Notes under the pieces: generated by a model
The model's database searches: none
What the model was told of the DNA's origin: nothing
The model's input: only the letters and a program-made list of their open reading frames with translations
In this document: positions 40,417-53,500 of the stretch, piece after piece
Layout of the letters: the number at the start of each line of letters is the position of its first letter
How positions within the stretch are numbered: position 1 is the stretch's first letter
Program-made: the position numbers and the translations under genes
NCBI GenBank assembly: GCA_003344405.1
Contig: NOWV01000139.1
Coordinates: 124,001 to 188,000, forward strand
Length of the DNA stretch: 64,000 nucleotides
Reading direction: 5' to 3'
Source: Trichoplax sp. H2
Lineage: Eukaryota

Positions 40417-43400
40417 ATGAATAGCAGATACTTATTAAAGAATCAGAGGATACGATCAGGCATTTGGAAGTGGATGAACAACAATGATACTTCCGTTCTT
40501 TGCAAGCGTACTCTCGCAAGTTATGAAAGTTCGGCAAGCAACTCAAAGGTAATGATGAAAATGACATCAACAAGTATGTGTTACCATAAGTGATCTAAGC
40601 AGCGAAATGGCATGCGTTAAAATGGAAAATTCCTACCCTTTGAACAGCATATAGATAATGCAGTATATCATTGACGTTTGGAAAGCAAATTATCGTTCGT
40701 CGCTTCAATAGAATTTGATCTAGTTTATATAACTCAGCTTGCAACAGTTGTCCAAACTGCGGTACGAATCATATGATTATTATACTGTACTGTGTACAGT
40801 ACAGTACTGTGCTGATCACTATCAATCACCATACCCTTCGGGGAAGATGGAATTATAGGATAGAAAGCCTACTTTGCGAGCAATTTGCTTCAGTCATAAC
40901 TCATGACCATCCAAATTAATGACATACTTAGTAGGGTTTTCCACACTGGCCATAGAATGATTGCCACTGTATTTTCGTTATACTGGATAGAATTATATCT
41001 GATTATGGTGCAATTGAAGTTATTAGCATACGGTACAACAATTTTTGAATGACATTGACTATATACAGTATGCACTCGATTACAATAAAGTACTTATAAC
41101 GTATCATGATACATAGTCTACTCTAGCATTAGTTAACATTCTACTGAATTGATAGGACATTAAAGTAATTACTAATTTCATATTTTTTTTATATTACGGT
41201 ATAATTATCACTCTAATAACAGTCCTCTGGCATGCCGGAATATGTCAAAATTGTTGAGGTTGGTCCGCGTGATGGATTACAAAATATAAAGGTAATATGA
41301 CATCAAAAACTTATTGGATCAGAAGTGAATTGGCTTTACAATGTTTTTCTGTTTATTAATTATAAAATGAGTCAAGTTTATACTATACGCTATGTCACAA
41401 AACTATTCGTATTTCACATAGTATTTGAGTCAGCCTTTTCTCAGTATAAGAGTACTTGTAAGTTTATTTGCTTCCTGGGTAGAATATTTTATCAACTACA
41501 GTATTTATTATCACCATGAATTTAAAGTAATGCTTATTAAATTATTCAATGATTTCTCTCGAACTGGAATGATCTAATCGATTGTGTCGGTAATATTATA
41601 GACATTTGTTCCAACCGATGTGAAGATCGAATTAATTAATCGTTTATCAAATACAGGATTACCTGTTGTAGAAGTTACTAGCTTTGTCTCTCCGAAATGG
41701 GTACCACAGGTGACCGATATTACTTAATTAACTGTTTTATCGACGGTATAACTATAAAGTATATCACGTAGGCACAAATGAATTATCTGATTCTTATTAT
41801 GGATATACTGTATATTATAAAGTATTAAGTTGTCTCTGTCTATACCGTACAGCTTTTTACCTCATTGACTGATTAAGATTTCAATTTTGTTTGACGTACT
41901 TGCAAATAGTTAAATATTATATTTGTTGTTACAGATGGCTGATAATGCTGATGTACTGAAAGGTATTGACAAAAATCCAAACGTATCTTACCCAGTTTTA
42001 ACCCCAAATTTGAAAGGATTTTCTTCAGCGGTAAGTTTAAGAAGGACAGTATCGTCTGAGTGCTTACAAACTAAATCAAATAATATAAACGTGCTATTTA
42101 ATTCTCTATTCCGTATTAGTCAGTATATGCTATGATACTGCTTATAAAACAAGTCTATTAAGTTGAGTTATAATCAAATTCATTACCTTGTCGTACTTAA
42201 CATATCCACAATTGTGGTTAGTAAGAATAATTTAGTGCTGTACCATTAAAGTTTCCAGTTACACCTATATGTAACCTGGAATCACTAAATAGCTTGGATT
42301 GATTATAATTTGATTAAAAATTAGATGGAAGCTGGTGCAAAAGAAGTTGCAATATTTGGCGCGGTGTCAGAAACTTTTACAAAGTAGGTAGCAATTCTAC
42401 TAAAATCATATTCCAAATGATACTTATTACAAAGTTATTCATCAACATTATAATAGCGTAATTGCGTAGATTTATAGTTAGTAATTACATGCTGTTACAA
42501 CAGTGTACTACAATCCATGCAGCGTTGCACAAGACTAGTACAAGAAATTCTAGTATATTATGATGAAGCATTCTTAATTATGACGGGGACTATAGTAGGT
42601 GGTTATGCCATCACATTTTTTATAAAAGCATAACATACAACTTCGGATATCAAATTTATATTAGACGCGCCACTTTTCATCTTGTACGATAGCAGATGAT
42701 GCAAAAACTTTGTCTTAGTTCATTGCATTGGAATGATATGAAACAGTCCTGTGTTATGGTCTTTCAATCTCCAAATCATATATAAAAATTTTTCTACACT
42801 AGGAAGAATGTCAACGCTACTATTAAGGACAGTCTCGAAAGTTTTAACAGCCTTTGTGATGAAGCAAAGAAATTAAACATCAAAATTAGAGGGTAAATTC
42901 GTAATCAAGATATCAATCATTTTGATTACCCTGATAAGCTTACATCAAGAATGAAAGTCCATTCAAAGTTGAAAATGTTAGCAATCAATGCCCATTGCAT
43001 TTTGTTCAATACTAGCTATATTTCGTGCGTCCTTGGATGCCCGTATGAAGGGAAAATTGAACCGACAGCAGTAGCAAATGTTAGATATACTTATATGAAA
43101 AAATCTAAGTAGCCGAATGTAGATATTCTTAAATGAATATTTTATTCCGTTAGCTGAATAAAAAACAGCGTTTCCATCGTTAATTTAGGTTGCCAAACAA
43201 TTGATTGATATGGGCTGTTATGAAATTTCTCTCGGCGATACCATCGGAGTTGGTACACCGGGTGAAAATTGCAAATGTGGAATTTTTTTAGTACCATATC
43301 ACGCAAAATAGTAGTATAAACCAATTTTTTTTACCCTTTAGGTTCTATGGCAGCAATGCTGAAAGAAGTGACGAAAGTTGTACCAGCATCTAAGTTAGCC

Positions 43401-44026
43401 GTACATTGCCACGATACATATGGACAAGCTTTAGCTAACATTTTAACAGCTATTCAGGTATGAATACTAAAAGAATAAAATTCTTTGCAAAGCAATATAT
43501 CCATCAAATTTTACAGTATACAGAATGTGTAAAGCAGCCGTCATTGTTTACGTTGTTATTTGCTACGATTGAATTTACAACGGTAAAATTACTGAACTTG
43601 TATGAATGTTCTTAAGCAGTAATTTCAAAATCTAAATTTCGATTTTAGATGGGAGTATCAGTCGTAGATGCGTCAGTAGCAGGATTAGGTGGCTGTCCTT
43701 ACGCTAAGGGCGCTTCGGGTAACGTTGCAACCGAAGATGTGGTTTACATGCTAAATGGATTAAATATAAAAACGGTAAATAAGCATAAATAGCTCAGCTA
43801 ATGTAGCTAAACTAGCAAAGCTAGTATCAATTTAAAGTATGGGCAATGATTGATTGAGAGTGCACGTTATGATGTCATTTGAAAATGAAAATATCGTATT
43901 AACTTTGAATTTACACAATTTCAGGGTGTAGATTTGAATAGCGTAATAGACTCCGCCAAATTTATTACAGATTTTATTGGAATGCGACCAGAATCGAAGG
44001 TGACAAGAGCAATAGCTAAATTATAA
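40417..44026 (+). CDS. HMGCL: Hydroxymethylglutaryl-CoA lyase
   Basis: 11 exons: 40417-40548, 41223-41291, 41602-41709, 41935-42030, 42325-42383, 42803-42892, 43016-43079, 43189-43261, 43342-43457, 43649-43774, 43925-44026. Motifs [65 protein letters not shown]; the protein ends AKL*. Confidence 0.96.
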
Positions 44027-44424
44027 TATAAATCACGTTTGAAAAAGCCAATCGGATAGATAGAGTGCTTTGAATGAATTATCAATTTGTTGCATTTAAT
44101 ATCCTCTATTTTGCATACAGTTTGTAATGTCTTTGCCGACTCGAAACCTTACCATACTAGATAATCATATTAAGCTTTGTGATTGGCTTATCAAAATCTT
44201 GCTTACAATAAGCAAGTAACGACAAATTAATTTTACGAATGAGCCATTCATAAGTTGTTAAATTCCAAAAGACTGATGATTGAAAACCTCAGCCAATTGG
44301 CCAAACTAATTAGTTTGTTGAATTATACCAGATTTTGCCCATGGACAATCGGTTGAATAAATATATCAATAAAAATTTTAGAATAGTAATTTATAGAACG
44401 TCTTGCTAGTTGCGTGACCACCAT

Positions 44425-47400
44425 TTAGGATGTAGGCTTGTTTTTAAGTTCTCTTTCTAATTCGGAATAGTGTTTCAGTAAAGCCACAACATGATGATTT
44501 CCCGATTTTTCAGCATCATCTATGGGAATATTCCCCCACCTAACGAGAAAGTTTTCATTGTAATGAAACAGCCTCCTCAGTACAATAAGCTATCCATAAA
44601 TATAAAGTATATTATTATACAATACACACTAAAATACTATAAAAATTGGCATTACCTGTCCTTTGGATTAGGATTAACTTTGCACACACTAAGGAGGTAT
44701 TTAACGACATTGTAATGACCTACGTAATCAATTGATTTTGACAGCATGAAATTAGACATGTTTGTCTACAGTATCGTAGAGTTAACATAGAGAAATTTTT
44801 ATCACCTTCAGCCGCTGCAACGTGTAAGGCTGTTCGCTGATCATAGTCAATCGCTTCCATATCACCGCATTGGCAATATCTATCATTTAATAATTATAGT
44901 ATCATAACCAAAATGATTGATTGAACGACTGGAAGTTAACTCGATTGTTAATGCGCTACATACCTTTTCAGAGCAGATAAATCGCCACTTGCTGCAGCAG
45001 TAAATATTCTACTGTATTTTAATCCATATACATATTCTGCAGACAATCTCGGATCATTTTTTTCTATGTTTATAAGGCTATCGTAATAATGGAAGTTGAA
45101 TTCTTCCACTAATCTCTGTAGAATGGAAGAAATTATCTACATTGCTCTTTAACGCTATGAGATAAGATTAACAACATTTGACTATACCTTACAAAATTTG
45201 ACTCCACGAACACTATTACTATGATTGTCCAGTAAGGGCGACCAAGTGCAAATTCCCATTACGTTAGGAATAATAATGAATATACCGCCACTAATTCCTG
45301 ATTTTGCTGGTAAACCAACCTACAGCAGATGAAAAATTTTATGCAAAACTTCCTATTTAGATTAGTTCTATCAAGAGTGCCTTTAGATCTTAGTTCATAT
45401 CGAAATTGTATGCACCTCAAATGCAAATCGTCCCGTATAGTCCGACATTCCACAAGAATTCATGACTGATAAGGTATCTCTTACAGCCGTTTCATTAAAC
45501 ACCTAGAGAGGGCAAATTTTATAAGATCAATAGCTACATAAGATACACAGTATAAACGGTAGATATTGTAAAGATTAAAAATAATTTAATTACTACCCTC
45601 TGTTCAGTAGTAGGACAAATTCCTCCATTAGCTAGAGTTGCAGCAATTACTGAAGCGGATTCGCACGTTACTTCAACTGAACAAAGTTGAAAGTACAGAT
45701 CTAATACTTCGTTTAATACTGTACCCGGAGGAAAAGCCTAACAACATTTAATTCCGAATGGTTGCTTGACTAAACCAGTATAAAATTTATTTTATTTGGC
45801 TAATAATATTAAAATTACAGAAAATTGCCATATACCTTCTTTCCAAACATATGATAAGCTAGTGCATAGTTTCGATGCCCGGTTTCCTTTTCGGACAGGA
45901 AACTGAAATTTCGTATATTATATTATTGTTTAAGAATGAATGTCATGCGCAAGATCATACGTCCCGACATAAATTTAACTTAAAGTAGGAATCGACATTG
46001 GATCTTGTATACCCTAATACAATTCCTGCTTACGTCGGTAAATCAAATCCTATATGCTCATTTCCAGCTGCTTGCTTGTATCGGTCTCTGACCTACCAGA
46101 TATGAAAACAATATATTAAAATTTTTGTTAGTTTTATCAACTTAATGACATATGATAGACATTAAATACTATGTTTATACAAAATGTAGCGTACGTGTGT
46201 AAATCTGTCAGCAGGTGGCATATTGGGCTAATTGAAGAAGAGGTGAAAGAGTGTTATTCGTATAATTTACTAATTTAAAATTATGATTGCGATTTTTACT
46301 ATTATTATTTATACGGATAGCTCAAAGACTATAAATTGTTACCTTCATTAATGCACATCCCATTATGCCACCTTGATTTATCAAAGCATTATACGGTTTA
46401 CCTACCAGAAATTGATATTAAATATTTAATTAAATACAGTAGAAGATGTGATAAATTTGCTTTAAGAGCAAAGGAGCTGCAATAAAGAGGAGCAATTTAC
46501 ATGTACGCTTGATGCAAACAATACAACTTACTAGTAAAGTTAAGAAATGACACATTCAGATGTGGGTTAAGCAATTTAACCGCAATGAACTTCTACACAT
46601 ACCCAGAAGTCTTTCATTGTGAGTTATTAATGAAACAAAGGTAAAATATAACATTGGCTACTACAATATAGGATGATCCAAAACAGACTGAATATCTACT
46701 ATTTTATTAAGTTCTACTTGTATGCAAAATGCAAGAAGAGTGCATCTTATGATCCCATATCTTACTATTTAGTAACTATAACGTGCAGTTTACTTTGCGT
46801 ACCTTCTAGATTCATGCTCATATCATGATATCTTCGACCGCTAGGTTCCTGGCCAATAAATTTATGTACCTGTTGTAAGAAACTGATATTACTGTCTTAA
46901 AGTGTTACAGTAAGTAACTGTCTTTGAATATATTGTATATCATATACGAAATACATTTAGTGTGTATTTATAAACGTAATTTATACCACATCTCCTCCAC
47001 GCTCATCTAATATCATTGCATAATTAACACATTTACAGCATGATTGAAGACACCATTTATCTTTGCAATCACCAATGGAAAACCTAAATCAATTTTTACA
47101 AGAGGCCTTATTTAAGAATTAAGATGAGATCTTACAGTAGTATTTGTTGACTTTATCATACAAGTATATATTTAAATTTTTAGTTAACGTAACAGACATA
47201 TTTCTTGTAAGAAATCTTTCGCTATTTATCTTAAGAAAAAGCATATTAGCTACAAAGTCATACTTCATTTAAAAAGATCTTAATGTTGACACTGTATATG
47301 AAATCTTGGTGATTACTAGAGGTAATGAAGAGACATACTAGGTTTGATGCAGGCATACTATGTATAGTTAAAATTTTATGTTACTAGTACCTTTGGCCAT

Positions 47401-49487
47401 CTACAGTACAGACTGCAACACCCCACTTATCAGGTGATAATCGTTCGAGTTGAGGAATGTAATCAGAAAGCTGAAATAGAGAAAAATAAATTATTCGAGT
47501 GAAGGTGTAATTATCATAAGCAGCCAAGTTTCTATTCTATTTTCGATGATATAGCATTTACAGCATTCCTACCTGACCATCATTTATTAATTTCGCTTCA
47601 TGATAGAAATCTTTTAATGTAGAAGTAAATACTTGAAAATCAGGAATGACAAAGTCGCCTTGCAATGCGCGTCGGAGCAAGAATGTGCATTTATTAATGC
47701 ATCTATGATTGATTAATAGTAAATACAAATTCGTAGAGTATCACTCAAAATAGAACAACACGATATTCTAATTTGATAACATATTAAAGCCACAGTATAT
47801 TATATATTTGAGTAGCAATAATCATTATATTACATTGAGATCTACTTTTGCATAAATGACTGGTTCATTTAGAAAAAGCATAATAAAGATTACTTGGAGT
47901 GAAAAAATTTATGAAATATTTTAATTCTTCACTACCAATTTAAATTAGCGATCCAGTGTAACAAATACGGGATACATCCATTATAATGCAGTATCTACTG
48001 CAATGTATATATTTATTTCTGTTCTCTAGATAATTTTCACTTGCACTGTAATACTCGTATGAATATTGAAAGCACAGTAACTACATAATATCGTCCAGAA
48101 ATCCTACGTACACTAATACTCCATACTTTTGCACATTCTGTTTCAAAGCTAAACACTACGAAACTGCAGGGTATACTTATGTCTTCCTTTCCATGTTACA
48201 GTAAAACAAAGATATTATATTATTATCATTAAGTTAGAATTACGAAATCACATGTGCTCGATCCACAACATTTAATGATTTTGATGCTTGATTGAGATCA
48301 TGCATTTTTATATAAAGTTAAAAATTATGTCGTCGCGAAGGATTTTTCACAGTCATTATATTTGATACTATCTCGCTCTGCATTCACAATGTCTAGAAAG
48401 GTAAATTTTTATTCTGGCTATAAAATTTAATTTATCAAATTATTACCTCATACGAGCATTAACATTATTGATAATAACACTGATTATTGTGAAATCAAAT
48501 AGCAGAATCGATGAATTCTGTAATACCTGAGCTTCAAATTCTCAAATTAAATATTTACATTTATTGATATGCTTGCTTAAGATGAAATTTCAATTATCTT
48601 GCTAGGTAGTTTATTCGGTATTCTTACTTTTTGAATGTCTCTATGTTTATAAACCCAGTACGATCTTCTGCCAAGTATGATTTCAGTGCTTTGATTACAG
48701 GTAGTAGGCGCTGATCATTTTCTCGTAATCCGCATTCCTTTATAATCTGAAGCCATAGAAACAATAATTGATCACATGTTTATAATAACTACGCCTATGC
48801 AATGATTGATTTTTCATTGATCTTTTACGAATACAATCATTGCGGGTTTCAGTATATTACTTATTGCAGGATTTAAGAACAAAACCTTTACATTACTTTA
48901 GTGATTAATAACGGAAATGGGATAGTAGGTAATTATTAGTAAAACACTGATAATTTATTCATTCATGTCCACTTGTACAGTCTATTTATTTTTCATTTGA
49001 GTTTACGGAGAGACCAAAAAGCATGAATGAATCAACAAGGTTCTACTCTGACGATTACTATTGGTCTTCTAGTCCTGTAACTCAATTTTGGTGTCGGTTA
49101 AACAATCTTGATCATAACTTAAGTTAATATTGAAAAATGATTGAAATATTTATCTCAATCATCATTAACATTTCCATCAGTTACTGTCATCCATGATCGT
49201 GTTGCAATGAAGCGAAACTTGTGGTGCATTTATCTTTGTAGTACAGTAATGTCAATGCCATAGACAAGAACTTAAAATGTTTTCTTGTTGTGTAGGAATT
49301 TTGTAACCACAATGCACCATTGCGCAATACAGTATATTTCATTTTACAGTATACTAGAAAAGAAAAGACTCCTTGGATTAAGAAGTACCTGTAAGAAATA
49401 GGGAACAGAAATCATCATTTCTCCGTCTCTTGTTTCGCTGTATATATGGAATATTAATTCCATACTTTCTTCTTCTTGCCGATCCAT
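44425..49487 (-). CDS. GLS: Glutaminase, KGA-type (EF-hand-like N-domain, serine-dependent glutaminase domain, C-terminal ankyrin repeats), divergent active site
   Basis: 17 phase-consistent exons from 49487-49389 to ~44539-44425. Motifs [85 protein letters not shown]. Confidence 0.93.
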
Positions 49488-50594
49488 GTTTTACAATTAA
49501 AGTATTATTATGATCAAGCCAGGAGGAAGAGGACAGTACTGCTTTTATACTGTACAGTACAGTTTACAGTGTACAGTACAGATCAGTACAGTACTGTACT
49601 GTAACAGAATACAGTACAGTACTGTACTGGTTTTATACTGTAGTTTATAGTGTACTGTACTGTACTGTACTGTACTGTACTGTACAGTGTACAGTACTGA
49701 TTTTATACTGTATTGTAGTCTACAGTGTACAGTACAGTACAGTACTGTACAGTACTGTACTGTAAGTTAACAAAATACTGTACTGTACAGTGTACAGTAC
49801 GTAATGCACTTAAGATACTGTACAGTACAGTACAGTACAGTAAAAGTACAGTATCTCATAATGGTGTACTGTACTGTACTGTACAGTACTATACAGTACA
49901 TTGAGTACAATCGTGTGTAAAAACTTTGAGTACACTGTACTGTACTGTACTGTACTGTATGTACTGTACAACTATAAATTCCAAATTCTCGGTAGCACAG
50001 TACAGTAAGTACTGTACCATTACTGTGACTCTGTGAGTGTGCAGTAAAGTAAGAAAAAAGGCTGACGCAATCAGACCATGTGTCGCAGTCATATCGAGCA
50101 CGCCCAGACACACTGTACATTGTACAATACCGTACTGTACTGTACAGTATAGTGTACAGTACATACAGTACTGTACAGTACAGTACTGTATTAATGAAAA
50201 CTACAGTACTCTAAATTGCTAAAACCGGAAATCACAGTACTGTACTGTACAGTACATCATCTTGGATACTGTACTGCATGCTAGCGTACTGTACACTGTA
50301 CAGTGTACAGTGCTCGTGAACCACGACAACATTGACCAAGCCGCGAAAGAAGAGCGGGTACCACATTTGTATTTTCCTATGTGCAATGCATTTCCCGTGC
50401 TTATGCTTCGTCGGCTTGTTGAAGATTTTCACAAATAAGCAACAGTGAATTTAAAGAGTAACGCCTCGCCTTATCATTTCAATCATTCAGGATATCTTAA
50501 TCTCCGAGTGGCGTTCAACTACGGCTACTATTTTCTTCGCTCAGTGATTGTGCGATACGATCTTTCGGGAATGTTGATTGTCGCCACCTGAAGC
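49488..50594. promoter_or_regulatory. Bidirectional GLS/PHF20 promoter region with CAGTA/TACTG arrays (~49533-50310)
   Basis: Divergent ATGs at 49487 (-) and 50595 (+), dense pentamer arrays, and an ETS-like accggaaat at ~50224. Confidence 0.78.
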
Positions 50595-53500
50595 ATGGCC
50601 AAGGCGAATAGGTCATCGGTGAGTAATGATATTCAACATTCGCAAACCTACTGGATACATATTGTGCTCGTGTAAAGTAAATGTCTTGAATGCACAAATT
50701 CGTATATTGAGAGTTCAGTTGTCACTCAGCCACTGTTATAAAATGGACATTAGCAAGTATGCCATGCTGTAAAGTAGTAGAAATTCGCCGTAACTGCTAG
50801 ATAGTATAGCCACCATAGAAAGAGGACAAGTGTGCTCCAGTCGACGACGATGTACTGTACGGTATAGCAATAGACATCGGGTTGTCAATTTTGGGGTTGA
50901 TAGATGGAATTGGTTCACTGCCTTAATTCTTACAACACGACGTTATGTTCCTTCCTTTCACTGCTAAATAAGCCGTAGCAGTTGAAATACTATATAGTCT
51001 CCCTATGTTTACAGTGCGAACCATAGAGTATTGCCGCTTTTGGTCAGATTGACAAATGGACACGCTTAGCGCGTGACTAAATGCCTTTAATTAATTAATT
51101 CAATCGGTGAACTAATTCGAAAACAGTGCCACAAAGTTGATAACTCTCCAAGCTTCTGCTACGTTTTAATCTTGAAATTGTAGACTGATTTTAGGCAACT
51201 TATATCATTTACTCCTTTTAATCATCCAATTGTTTAACAAGTTTTTTTTAATGCTGTCCGACGTAATTTTACCATTCCTTATTGGATAGCCTTATTTGAC
51301 TTCAAAGCAACATACATGTAGACAGATGGACGTGCTCACACGTACTGAGTAATGTTACGCGTATCAGTTAATGAGTCATGAAGAGCTAAGTAGTAGTTAC
51401 AAAATAGTGATAAATTACTTAGTAGCACTTGAAGCATTGTCATTAGATATTGTTACTCATCAGCGTTAACTTTTTTGATGTCAATTTTATTTTACAGTTA
51501 AAGAATTATTTATTTATTGTAGTTGGGCCGAATTCTAATGATTTTAATTTTTGTGTTTTGGTAAGAATATTCTCTGATTGATTTGTGCTAAGATCATGCT
51601 GTACGTCATGTTTACAGTACAGTACACCAAGTTGATAGTGGTACAAATCAGTACAGTAGTAAGGGTGACAGTACCGTATACTGTACGGTACTGTATCAGT
51701 TTTTTGCATTCGACATTTACAGTACGTACTGTACAGTGTACAGTATGTACGGTACAGTACAGTACTGTAATGCAGACCTCTACAGTATTATTATACTGCA
51801 CGACATTCTTACAATTCTGACCATAGCTGATGCCGAGACCTGCCCGAGTTAATCCTTTTACTTGAGAGGCCCTCCTGGGTAGGTAGACATGTCATTTAGG
51901 AGGATTGATGCACTCGTCGTAAAAAAAGAAATCGTAACTAAACCTAGTAATAACAAAATAGGTCGACCTAGTTTCGGCAGTAGTACTGCTTAGTACAGTA
52001 GCCTACAGTATATTCAATGATGGACTGATTACTTGCTGGTGTATAGCGTGCATATTTATTGATTGGGCAAAATCGAAATAAGGTGTAGGTTTAGGCAAAC
52101 GAGCGCAAAAACTCGATGCTTTCTAGACTAGCAAAATTGTGTACTATCTCCCTCTATATTATACATTATTCCCGCATTTTAATATACAGCCCTACATAGA
52201 ACACTATAGTATGATCGAGGTTGGTTCACCTGGATTCCTAGCTTTTCCATCAGATTTGCAATGTTGGTGCTGCTTAGGTATAGTACTGTAGTAAAGCCCT
52301 GTGCCGTCACGTCTAGCAGTTTTAGCTATTTCGCCTTAAATTCGCTTGCTTTGAAATACAGCTTAAATTTTTTTTAATATGGTTCACTGTAACATCGAAG
52401 ATGTAGTAAATACGGCATGATTTTCTTGTAATTCATGCTGAAATTGTCTACCTATGAGCTATAGTAAATCTGAGAATTAAAATTTTTTAAAATTAGCGAA
52501 AGTAAATGTAGCCTTAATTGAAGAGATTATTTTCTTGATAAGCCTCCTATTAGTATTTCTTTGCAAGCTGCAGTTCTTAGTAATCATCATGTAATCCGGA
52601 TTGTCAATACACTCGATAATTATTATTATCTTCGATTCTATGTTGGATTTTTTAATTTTGGTGCGCTTTGATTTTGTTGCTGAGATTTTCATTATTATTA
52701 CTATTAACAGAAAAAAATAAAGCCATCTAAACTTACTATACCTCTGGAAGTTGGTACTAGAGTGGAAGCGAAGGACTATTGTGGCAAATGGTAATTTATC
52801 TTGGTTTATAACACTACTTAAAGTTGACGTATAAAGAATAGTTTCAAGTTAAATTCATAAACATGCTGTAATGACATGATGTAACGTTTTATACAAGCTG
52901 GTAGTAAGCAGTCTATACTGACTTTATTCAAAGTAATTGAGCTGTGTGTTATAGGTACAGTAGACGTCTATAGACAACACAGTACATGCATAACATATAT
53001 AAGCTGGAACCAAAAGGATCAATATCTGTTTTGTGCTTGATTGCATGGCGACGTGTAAACAACGACGTGTGCAAGAAAATTGCATAAATGAAGCATGAAT
53101 ATAACGATTGCAAAAGAGTAAATGTGAATCAACGGATCACTTGCTATACTTAATTTATAATTGAAAGATTAAATGTTTGACATTTATAGTAGCCAAAAAA
53201 TTTTACGCCTTTATAGATGCCATGATATTACAATCATTTTGTTTTGTTAACAACTATCTGTTGTTAGAAAAACTCGTAATCAGGTTGTAACCAAGCAACA
53301 AGTTCTTAGCTGCTCGAATGGATTAAAGTTAACATTGCGGAATTACGTTATCTTAAGTAACAAGAATAACTACAAATAAACTTTATTAAATGTGCAATTG
53401 TGTTACTGTGTTTTGATTGGTTCAATGATGCTGCTTATATATGAAATGTCCACGATTTTGCAAATTCATTTACTAATGTTTGGATAATGAATAAGATCCA

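Noticed and set aside
39075-42570. Isolated box C motifs (ATGATGA) in SF3B6 and HMGCL introns
   Set aside because: No suitably placed D box or terminal stem seen.
51851-51870. U5 loop-1-like or U4atac-like CCTTTTAC sequence
   Set aside because: The flanking snRNA stems and Sm site are missing.
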